Source: Callorhinchus milii
Lineage: Eukaryota
Direction of reading: 5' to 3'
NCBI RefSeq assembly: GCF_018977255.1
Contig: NW_024704747.1
Coordinates: 18,104,001-18,168,000 of the forward strand
Length of the DNA stretch: 64,000 bases
Both the position numbers and the translations under genes were made by a program. Positions 39,301 to 51,300 of this stretch are shown in pieces. Under the pieces are notes generated by a model. The model saw nothing but the letters and a program-made list of their open reading frames with translations, had not been told where the DNA came from and searched no databases. Positions within the stretch are counted from its first letter, which is position 1. Each line of letters begins with the position of its first letter.

Positions 39301-42300
39301 ATGCTGAAATAACTTTCCGTTTGATCCCATCCCATTCTCCTGCCTTTCCCCTGGCCCAACCATCACGTTTTTCTATGTACCTGTGGCACCATATTTTCGT
39401 GTTCTGCAGACTCCTCCCTGGAATGTGGGAATTGTTCCAGGATTCCTAGACCATGTCAAGACTATTCCGAGTGCGAAGGAGGGACCTCTTGGGCTAAATC
39501 TTCTCAATTCTTCACTTTTCAGGGCGATAGGGGAGACCCGGGTCGCTTAGGTTACGTGGTGAGTGCGATTGGTTTGTTTGGATGCAGTGGGGCAGGTAAT
39601 GTGCACATGGAACACACTGGATCAGTGAAAACAACTCGGGTACCCAGAGCGTCTGTCCATGCCTTTATCCCTCCACCTCGTCCCATTTCTATCTGTCTTC
39701 AAACAGCACCTTAAAACCTACCTCTTCGACCGCACCTATGGTCACCTGCCTCCTCCCCGTCGTCCTACATTAGCATCCGACCCCACCACTGCGAAACTCT
39801 GACATCGTACGTGAAGGACATTGCAAATGCAAGTTTCTGTTGTTGCCACAGAAACTACTGTGATTACAGTAAAGATTGCAGTGGGTGTGATATCCTCCCA
39901 GTGGTGGGGCAGGGAGTAAAACAGTGTTTCCTTGGGGCTGATCTGGCTGGAAATAGAAGTGAGAGAGAAAGAGAAAAAAAGAATGAAATCTAAGATCTCC
40001 ACTCTTCTTGTTCAGGGTCCCAAAGGAGACGCGGGTCCAAAGGGAGAACAGGGCACCAAAGGAGTGAAGGGCAGTCCGGTAAGTGTTCCCGTTTCCCAGG
40101 TGGGATTTTGAGTTCTGCTGCAGGATATATGACATCGCTCTGGATCCATTTGGTTCATCACAAGGGAAATGGTGGGGAAAAAACTTCAAGTTGGGGAGCC
40201 CTGAAGGACACCTCTGACACAGGCTTTGATATAGGACTGAGCTGGGCTCAAGTCACGGATTAAGAAATTCTGCACAGAAAACTGCAAATTAGACTCCACT
40301 GTTAACTTTAGCAATTCTACTGAGCAGAGCCATCCTCTAAGTATACACTGGGTTACTGTGTGCAAGTGTACCCAGTGGGTGAGTGGGGGACAGTTGTGTG
40401 CATGGTGGGGGGGGGGGAGGGAATTGTGAAAATGGGCGGGGAGAGAAATTCCTTTGCTCATTATCGGGTGAAGCTGAGCTGCTGGCAAAGGGAACAGGGA
40501 AGAGCGGAAGGGTCAGAAAGACAATAAGTGAGTGAGTGAATGGGTGGCCTAAAAAAAGGCATTAATGCAATTTGTTTCCTTTGTGTATCTGGTTAGGGTG
40601 ATCCCGGACCACTGGGTGAGCCAGGACCTCGAGGGTCTGAAGGAGCCCCAGGCCCTGTGGTGAGACCCACTTTCTTATACAATGTTTAAAGGCTCCACTT
40701 ACCAGCATGTGTTGCTTTTTGTCACTGGTATTAACCATACAATGTCTGCAGCTCTTAGAAAGACTGAGATAGCATGTTCCAAACATGCACACAGTGAACT
40801 CGGGATAACTCGTCACTCCAAGGGAAAAGGATCCAGTGAGGAATTGTCTGATGTGATGAGACTATATAAATGCAAGTTGTTGTTGTTGAGCTAGCCGTTG
40901 GTCCTCACCTTATCCTCCCAGGCCATGTCACTCTTCAACACTTTGGATTTGCCTCCACTCATTCCCTTATGACCTCGGCTAATTGCCAACGACACCCACC
41001 CCCTGCCCCCCCCCCAACCCCCCCACTCTGAGCATGTGCACCTCCACAGCGGACCCGCACCAACAACAACAACAAATTACACTTGCACAGCGCCCTTCAC
41101 GTCGGAAAGACGTCCCAAGGCACGGACACAGTCACAGGAGAGGGTGGGCGGCTACTGCCCAACCCTCCAATAGACCAGAAGCCTCTGCAATGCAGTGATG
41201 CTAACATGAGCACCGAGATCTTCCCTTCTGATTCCTTGCCACAATAATCAATTTTATATTGAAATATTTACAAAAATGTCCAAAAATGCAATGAGTTATC
41301 GACAGGGCAGTGACGAGTAAAGCGATGCCACATTAATAGTTTATTGATGATATTGATGACATGATGACTTTCGTGAGAGTGACGAATTAAGCCAGGGTCG
41401 AGGTTGTCTGGAGATTCACATCGGCCCAACCAATTCCCTGTTACCCTTCTATTCTCCGTTCCTTCAAGTTTGTATACAACTTCCTCTTAAATACATCTGT
41501 ACTATCTGCTTCAACCACTGCTTCTACCTACCTACCCGCCCGTACCCTCCGTTCCTCTGGCTCCGGTCTGCTCCACATCCCCCGCCCCAACCGCCCTACT
41601 ATCGGTGGCCGGGCCTTCAGCCTCTCAGCCCCGAGGCTCTGGAACTCTATCCCCCAGTGCCTTCGCTGCCTCCTCCCTTTCCTCCTTCAAGGCCGGTCTC
41701 AAGACCTTTCTCTTTGACCGTGCCTTCAGCTCCCCTCTCGACTCTCTACCCCCTCCTCGCTCCCTCCCTCCCTTCCCTCCCCTCACCCTGACCATTTCCC
41801 CCTTGCTCGGGTCCTGACCCAACTGTACAGCGCCTTAGGACGTCCTCGCGACGTGAAAGGCGCTCAATAAATGGAATCTTGTTGTTGTTGTTGTTGCTTC
41901 GGCCAGAGAGTTTCACACTCTCACCACCCTCTATGTGAAGGAGTTCCTGCTAAATTGTCTCTCAGATACCCCTAGGCACAATCTTATACTGTGCCTTGTT
42001 ACAGACTCCCAAACACCCATTTCATGCATCTATTTATGCGTAATATCTTTCAGGTGTGTTACCCACGGAACTGGTGTGTATATGTATAGGGGTGGGGGGG
42101 TGGATATTGTGTAAGGTCAGGATTGGACCAGACTGTTTCTCCCTAGTCACGTGCTGACAGTGTTCACTCACTCACTGTCTGAGTTCACAAAGGAAGACTG
42201 ACCTGCTGTAGACTGTACCTCACTGGAGGAGACTGGCCATATCCCTCTGTAATATGCACGGTGAATGGTTGCATCAACTTATATCCTTTCTGCTTGTGTT

Positions 42301-45300
42301 CCAGGGACCTCATGGGCCTGAGGGCGATCCAGGGCTGACCGTAAGTACTCCGGCCGACAGTATGTTAGTTGTTAGCCTGGGTCACTTGGTAGGACTCTCG
42401 CTTCTGAGTCAGAAGGTTGTAGGTTCTAGCCCCACGTCAGGGCTTTGAGGTCATACAGTCTAGGCTAACTCTTCAGTGCAATCCTGCAGGAGCGTTGCAT
42501 TTAGAAAGTGCTGTCCTTCAGATGAGACGTTAAACCGAGGTCCCATCTGCCTACTCAGGTGGACATTAAAGCTCCCATGGGACTATTTAAAAATGGAAGG
42601 GAGTTTTTCCTGGTATGCTGGCCAACAATCCCCCAGATAAAATTGGTCACTCACTTTATGGCTGTTTGTGGGACATTGCCATATGGAAATTCGCTGGATT
42701 CTTCACCTGCTATAATATATCTTGCTGCTTGTCCACCTCGGACTACCCTACTCATCAGGGCTTTGGTTTGCAGGTTTAATGGGAGCTGAGTGGGAAAAGT
42801 CCCTGCCCCAGTAACTAGTCTACCCTTCCAAGTCCTGTCTATGAGCCAGACTGGCTGTGCTGTCAACAGCAGTACCCTGGAGTATTGCAGCCTGCCTGGC
42901 TTGGGAACTGGAAACCGCCACAGAGGGTTGGTTTGATTCTGATGTTCCCTTGCTAAAACTGTCACTTTGGAGCCAGTGCAGCTCCAAGGAGATCCTGCTT
43001 ACCTCCGCGCCCCCCCCCCCCCCCCCCCCCACACCATCACCGTTCCCCCAAGGAGGATAGTCATTAGTTGGCCATTTGACCTCTCACGTCTTCCTGCGAG
43101 CTTCCTGGTGGGCAGCACAGCTCAGCATGAAATGCATGAAAGCATTGCCACCATCTTCCTGTCCGCAGCTCAGACACGTCTCTTCCCATTGAGCGATGGT
43201 TCCCACCAGTTGGCAGTACAATAATGCATAATTAGTACCCTTTGCAGTAAATCCTGTGAAGCGCTTTGAGGCATCTTCCAGATGTGAAAGTCCCTGTATC
43301 AAAGGCAAATATTTATTTATTAGTTAATTTATTCTTACTGTTCTGTTGTTCCCAGTAGTCTGGTTTGCAGATCAATTAAACATGTTTACGGCTTCTCATA
43401 TGTGTCAGACGTCCTGCTGATCAAACAAACAACTGAGCCATTCTTGACCTTTATGTTGAGCTGAGCCTTAGTGGACATTCTGTGCTCTCCTGGCCATCCA
43501 GTCCAATGATCCTGACCCAACATTTGTTTAACTCATCTTCTAGGACTGTGATGTGATGAATTACGTCAGGGAGACCTGTGGATGCTGTGGTGAGTGCCCA
43601 ACTTCCTCCTGGGTATCCTGCTTTATATTTAGAGTTGCTGCTTTTTGGCACGTTGACAGATAATATTGATAATAATCCCTGACTATAAAAATATCCGCCC
43701 TCTGGGTGGCGAGGTCATTGCCAACATCACTTTCCACACACAGCGACCAGCACATTTGCAGCACACAGGAAGTGATGTTCATGGTGGCCTTGTGACTCAG
43801 AAGTCAACCATTTTGTAGTTCGAAGAAATTTTTAAAAAGTATGTTTGATGGCAGGAATTTATTCCCAATTATTGCCCAATTTTTCTTACCATTTAAAATC
43901 GGAATCCCTTGTTACATTGGCCTCCTCATCAAATGTTCCCACAAAGCCAATGTTAATTATATGCTCAGCTTGTTGTTGTTTGTGGTACTGGCAGGCTCAG
44001 ATTGTTGGCTGTGTCGTCTCCGTAGCATTCACTTCACTGTTAAATAGTCTCAAAGGTCTTCAAGGTCTTTCTTTCATGTGAAAGGTGCTTTGTGAATGTA
44101 AATTGTTGCAGTTGTTTTTGAATATTTTAAACATGGTTGGAAGGGAGGCTTTGTTTAGAGACTAAGTTACCCATAGGTTCACAAGATTGGTTCAGATGCA
44201 GAGGCCCTTCAGACCATCTGATCTCATCCGTCCAGAATACCCAAACTGCTATATCAAATCCAAAGATGATTAATTATATGAATGATATTAATTATTGCCA
44301 TTAATATTAATCATTCCTTTTCCGCCTCCCCATTTATTTCAGATTGTGAGAAGAAATGTGGGCCCCTGGACATTGTCTTTGTGATTGACAGCTCGGAGAG
44401 TATCGGACTGACCAACTTCACTCTGGAGAAGAACTTTGTCATCAACACAGTCAGTCGACTTGGCAGCTTAGCAAAGGACCCCAAATCTCCAACAGGTCAG
44501 TGAATTAGCCAGTGAATTAGACCCACTCACCGCTATTTATGAGGAGTCCTAAGACCCACCATGGGACAAACCTCTGATTCAGCTCATTAAAGGCATCGAG
44601 CTCTTCTGTACTATAGTTTTATTATTAGTACACACTTTAGCCTTGATATTCCACCCAGTTTTACACCTTTTATCTTGCCCTTTAAAATGTAAGGCTATTT
44701 ATCCACTTTTCTAGGTTTTGTCACTTGTTCACTATTGTTTAGTGAAGGAGTTATGTCTTTCACATTTGTAAACCATGTGTCAGCTACTCTGATGATCTGG
44801 TGGGTAAAGTAAGTGCCAATGCAGTACTGGGCATGCAGCTCGGGACGTCACACATGCCTATGAAAGACACACTTAGTTATTGTGGTGCACTCCTGCCCTA
44901 TGTATGGCACCAATGAATGGCAGGTGGTCGAACCCTGAGGGGCAGCAACCCCACCCAATTCATCCCTTTGGTGCCCTTCATAGTGCGTCTCTCTCACTTT
45001 TCAAGCTTTGAGCAGTGTGTCAGCCCTGTGTGTGGCACATAGCCCCCCCCCTCACACCCACTGCCACCCATAACCACCACTCCACCCTGCCACCACACAC
45101 ACACACACACACACACATACACATGCACAGCCTACTGACAACGTCTCTGGGCTGGTGCTGCCTACTGTTGGGTGTAACATCTCTTCGGTATTTGCTTTTG
45201 CCAGTGACTTTGTCTGACCTTGGCTTTTCCCCTGTGGGGGTGTTGGGTGGGTGTGGATGTTAAATTGCAGGAGCTCGTGTTGGCGTGGTTCAGTACAGCC

Positions 45301-48300
45301 ACAACGGCACGTTCCAAGCCGTGCACCTCAACGACTCCAGGATCAACTCGCTCTCCGCATTCAAGGAAGCGGTGAAGCGGCTGGAGTGGATCGCAGGCGG
45401 CACCTGGACGCCCTCCGCCCTGAAGTTTGCCTACGACAATCTGATCAAGGCTAACCAACGTGACAAAGCCAAGGTCTTCGCTGTGGTGATCACAGACGGA
45501 CGCCATGACCCGCGGGACAACGACGCACTGCTCTCCTCCCTGTGTGGGCGTGGAATCGTCGTCAATGCCATTGGCATCGGAGACATGTTTGCCCGGGCCG
45601 AGGACGACGAAACGCTCCGTTCCATCACCTGTCACCAGGTCGACCGGGTCCAGAAGATGAGGCTGTTTGCGGACCTGGTGGCTGAGGAGTTCATTGATAA
45701 GATGGAGGAGCTACTGTGTCCAGGTAGGCAATCAATCAAACGGTATTGCTCGGCATAACGGTAGATACTCCTGGGGTCACAGGCAAGGTCCCTCTGTTGT
45801 CAGGGGGGCAAACATGTGTTCCATTATGAAGCAAGATGTTTGGCAATGTTTTATTCCTGCCATCCTTATTCTTGGGTCAGAGGACACTTCTGCCAGGGCT
45901 CTCAGTGAGGAAAATGTGCAAAGCGCACAGAAAACCTGGAATGGCCATCAATTAGGGGGTGGGAACGAGCAAGACTTTAAAAATACAAATCGGGCTCTAC
46001 AATGCGACTTGTGCTAATAGACTATTGTTCGAGGTACCTTTAAATAAGTAATTAATGAAATGTCCCTCAGAAACGAGTGTAATCTTTTCTCCATCATTCA
46101 GGGAACCCTTGTGCCCTGGAACCCTGTGAGCTCACAGTCCGCATTTTAAACACCAAACTCTTGCTGTCAGAAATGGTACTTTGTATAATATCTCATCTCC
46201 TTTGCTTGCAGACCCCAAGATTGTCTGCCCAGATCTTCCCTGTAAAACAGGTAGGTTTTGAACACCACAGTTCGATTTAATACTTGTCCCTTAAAGAGTC
46301 GGTTTTCCTCTGTAAAACTCGGATGTTATTAAAAGTAAAGCCGCTCATAAGAGTTTTGCTAGTTGTGAAACATTGAGTATTAGAAATAATGCTCGGTTGC
46401 ATGGAGGGATACAGCACAGAAATAGGCCCAACTAGTCCATGGCATTGTTTATACTCCACACAAGCTCTCACCCCTCCTAAGCCCTCTACTCTACCGCTCC
46501 GTTCCCGAAGTAAGGACAAGAGCATCAGCTGTGTCTGGTTAATTGCTGGGTTGTATGTTAATGTCTTTCTATGGTATTGCCTGTGAACAACTAAGGGCCT
46601 CACGATAGTGCAGTGCTCCCTGAGACTGTTTTGGAAGAAAGCAAATTGTACATAGTCAGTCACAACTGTGGTGTTGTGGTGTCAATTCTTAAAGGGGACT
46701 GAACACTATAATCACAGGGCATTTGTTCCTTTCCTTGGGGGCGGGGGTGGGGTTGGTGTGGGGCAGTGGGAATGGGGAATGAAGCTCCCCAATTTTCTGA
46801 CTCCTCTGGAACTTTTTCCCTCCTGTATTCGGATTTCGCTTGGAGCAGAAGTGAACAGGAAGGATATTCTATTGAGTATCAATTGAGCAAGCAATTGGTA
46901 CTATCTAGAATTCGGTGGTGGTGTGGGGGGTGAGGTGTACAAACAGTGTTGGCCTCTGGAGCTTAAGTCCCACATCAGAACATTTTTCATAACCCATTAC
47001 CCAGTTATGAAACCCATAATAATCCATTTCATAATCCATTACCCACCGGTTACTTGACTGTAAACTTTAGTCCATCAGAAATGGTTGTCTACAAACTAGA
47101 ATCCACTGCGTGGGACAGAAGGCAGACAAGGTTAAGGGGGCTTATACCCTCATTACGATGATCCAGGGGCCAAGTAAACACGTCCTCTGAGCTTTGTGCA
47201 CATCATTCAGCACAAGGAAGCTCTGAAAATCTTGTTTTATACCATAGAATCATAAGCGTACTTAAAGACAGGCCACTCAGACCTCTTGTGTCTGTACTGC
47301 TGCTCACTCCATCACTGGAGCTCTCTATTTAGTTCCTTTCCTCTGCGCTTTCTCTATTGTGTCTGTGCTGGCGAGTACATTACTTTGGAAGCCCCCACCT
47401 CTCTATTGCCAAATCCCCTCTTCATGTGATATCAATAGCACTTGTATATGAGATAATCTGCTCCCAAGCTGTCTTCAGTTGCTTCAATGCTACAATGATA
47501 TTGGAAAGCCAGGGTTTGTGTGACTACATCGCTTTGTAACATTAGGAAACACATTGAACGTGAGGGGAGCACATGGGACATTATGTATTAAGCTTCCAAG
47601 GTCTACCCAAGAACCTTTCTCCAGCTCAGGAACATTTAAGATACCAGCATGGTATGATGAGAAATAATTGAGGGTCAGTCAAGCTACTGAGCCAGGAAGA
47701 GCTGTCAACTCTTAGAGAATCCCCATCCTAAGGAAAACCTGCAAGATTGGACAGCCGGTTGGAACCAGTGGTGAGCAGTTGCGTTCATTTGTGATACAGA
47801 TTCTGGATGATGATGATGATGATGTGCAATTCATATCAGAATCCTTCTTCCTGCTTATTCCCCCTCAGCCAAGAGGGAAAGGTACCATAGACAGGCAAAC
47901 CCTCTTAGTCCACTGGGGGATTGACACCTCCTTGATCTAAAAGAGATAGAAAAATGGACAGATATACTCACAGAATAAAGGGAATGAGGTACATGGGCTG
48001 AGGTACCTTCTTGAATCACCAGAACTTGGAGTTGATGGATATATAAATCTCTTGGAGTGAAAGCACATATATCCTTGGAACACCAGTAAAGTGGATTCAA
48101 TAAAAGAATATACAACCTAGGGACCAACAGAGATGTGGCTGATATACCCTTTACAGTGAACATCACAGATGTGTTGATACTCCCGGCCGAACTGAGACGA
48201 GAATATAATGGATGGATATTCTCAGCGTGTGACAGAAATGGTAGTGGACGATATAAATCCACTACTCCATCTGGAGATAGCTGAGGTGGACCAATTTCCC

Positions 48301-51300
48301 TGGAAATCCATTGGCTTTAATCTCCTGGATTGCCATGGGGATGAAGGCCATGTGCAGGTGGGGCAGCACCGACAACACCCCAGGAGTTCCCTGCAAGCCA
48401 CAGAGTGTTGCTGCCTTTCAAATGATGCAGCTGGGAGACCAGAATAGAGTGTGTGTGTACCGAACAGACACAATCAGGTGATTGCACCTCTGTATGCATG
48501 AAGGAGTCTGAATCACGAGAGGCTTTGTGGGTCTTGAGCAAGAGACATCAGAAAAGTTACCACAGGGATGCCTGGCTTCTAATGGCTGTGCATATTTTAA
48601 TCCTTCAATGCCAGTTTCTCCTATCATTTGTGAATTCACCAAGGTTGGATTGTTTACCCATTAATAGAGAATGTGAGCTGAACTCAGTCTGTCGTGGGAC
48701 AGCATAGCTTTACTTTGCTGCGGATGTGCTGTTGTAAAAGGATCCCGTATTAATAAATAGGGAACTCCAGATGTGGTGTACACAACCTATAGAGCTTTGC
48801 TCCGATGCCCATCTGAGCTCCGGCTTGCATGAAGTTGACGACTCAAAGAGTCTGCCCTGATATGTTAGGTACAAATCCTTTTGCAAATCTCACAAGTTAA
48901 ACCCCAGTGGCACTGGGAAACTGAACTTTTCTATGTTCAAGTATTCCTCAAGCAAGAATTCATTCAATACTGGGGTAATTTACCCATGTAAAATGGAGGC
49001 AGTAGAAGCTGTGGGGACTGAGGTCTGTGTTTTCTTGGAGCTGTATCAGCTGCTAGTGCACATGAAGGGGAGAAACGGGCAATACGATACACTTAGAACG
49101 TTGCACAAGATGGCAGTGGGTACATGATCTCATCGTGTGTTCCTCATGCGAGCTGTGTACGAGTTACACCAGTGTTACCACTATGCAAACGTCTATTACT
49201 GAGTTGAGGAAATGCAGACAGTAAAGGGAGCGTTAGGCTCTGTACAGAGGAAACTGCCCTAAAGGGGAAAAATTCCACCTGGGTCAATGTTTTCTCAGCA
49301 TTTTGAAGCATGCAGAGTTTGGAAAATTCTTAAATCCAGTCATTAATTAAGTTAGCTTTCTGCAGGCTCTTTTCAAATCTCCACACAAAGTTTGAATTTA
49401 GGAGTTGGCCAATTTTCTGCACGCTGAAATACTAAAAGAAATATTGTGAGTCTAGCCTGGGTGGAAATTTCCCCTGGCCTTTGCACTATTAAAACTGACT
49501 TGTTTGAGACACTACCCTGTGCTTTATAAATACATGTTGTTGTTGTTGATGCTCCACACGTCTAAGGCCGATTTTAGAAAGGACCCAAATCCTCAAAGAC
49601 TGCGTACGCTGAGCCACGCACTGTACTGAAGTGAGGGGAGAATATAATAATATTAGTCCTTGCATTTGAATCTGTGCCTTTCACATGACGAAGATGTCTC
49701 AAACTGCTTCACAAGATTTACCAAAAAGTGTATTTTGCAGGCAAATGCAGGGGCCAATTGGTGCATGGTAATGTCTCACAAATAGCCATTTTATACAGCA
49801 ATAGATCAGCCATGATCCTATACAATAACAAAACCTGCTCGAGAGGCTGAATGGCCTACTTATGTTCCTAACAACAGCAACTTGCATTTATATAGCGCTC
49901 TTTCCGTGCCTCGGAGCGCTTAACAGCAGTGTGGCTTGATGCCGAGCCAAAAGGGAGTGGGGTAGGTGACCGAAAGCTCAGTTGAAGAGAAAAGCCTTCA
50001 GGTGTGATTTGAAGATGGCAGAGAGGGGGCAAGGCAGATTGGGAACATAGTGGCTGAAAGCACAGCAGCCAATTGTGCAGCAGAGGGGTCGAGGAACGTG
50101 CAGCAGGCCCGTGTCAGCTGAACAAGGGTAGAGGAGTGGGGTGTGAACAGATTGGAGAGGTAGGGAGGTGCCAGGGCGTGAAGAGATTTGAAAGTGAGGA
50201 TCTTGAAATCGATCCGTTCTGCAAGAACTGAGATGATGGGTGTGCGGAACCAGGTCCGGGTGAGGACACAAGTGGCAGAGTTTAGGAACTGAGCTTCTGA
50301 ATGATCTGGGGGATTCTTGGCCAGAACACTTGGAGAAACTCCCTTCTCTTTAAGAATAGCGTTGCGACATCTTTAACGGCCACCTGAAGAGGCAGACAGA
50401 TTCAACGTCTCGTCTGAAGGCTGGCAGCTCGGACAATGCAATGCTCCCCCCAGAATTGTATTGGAGCATCAGCCAGAATTATATGAGTTCAAAACCCAAT
50501 GTGGGGCTTGAACCCACAACCTCTGACTCGGAGTCAGAAGTGCTACCAGTAAGCCGACTGAGACCTGTTGTATGCACTGTGCCTGGATGAGCTTTGCATC
50601 AGGACATCTCTGCTGCCTGCGATTTGTCTTTCACAAGGAACCCCTGCGGGCTAACAAGGGAGTGAGTCAGTGTTAAGATCTGTTTGGAGACCAGTCAGTG
50701 TTAGTGAGGCTAAACTCTTCTCTTTAATCGTTTACAGATATCATAGATTCTAATGCTGCGTACTCCGACTTGCTACCTTTACCGTCACTTGGGATGCACA
50801 CCTATTACCCCTATCCCACAATTTGGCAATTTTTAACAACACTGCGAAACAAGCAGGAATCGCAACTTATCCCGGACACAGACATCTTCCCCAAACTGGT
50901 GGCAAGCATGGCTTACGTAGCTGACAAAGCTAAGTTCACCACTGGAGATGAACGGGAGAAATGGACCAAATTGCTCATAGATATTTTTAAGCTGGTTTAC
51001 AATGATATAACTGGAGATACTGCAAAAGCCATGGGGATCTGTTAGAGAATGTCAGCGGGGCGGTCTCTGGGAGGTTAACCTGACCCCTTGCTAGGTGCCC
51101 GGTTAATTTGTAGTCACCAGCTTCTCACTCATATTTAACGGCAGGGTTATATTTTGTGGAATTTTCTTAGAAAATCCAGACATCAGTGACGCGGGAATGT
51201 TGTTCCAGCTCATTGTATTTTTGGAGTTTGTTTGCCACCCCCCATTCCTCCCCCCCAGCTAGGTGATGTACACCAGGTCACCAGAAAGAGCCCTGATTCA

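Noticed and set aside
47800-48620. Possible third terminal exon (G|AT TCT GGA TGA, tail DSG*) or decayed viral/coding relic in intron 27
   Set aside because: The acceptor is weak, all frames are interrupted by stops, and I recognise no motif. A tBLASTx search would be needed to revive it.
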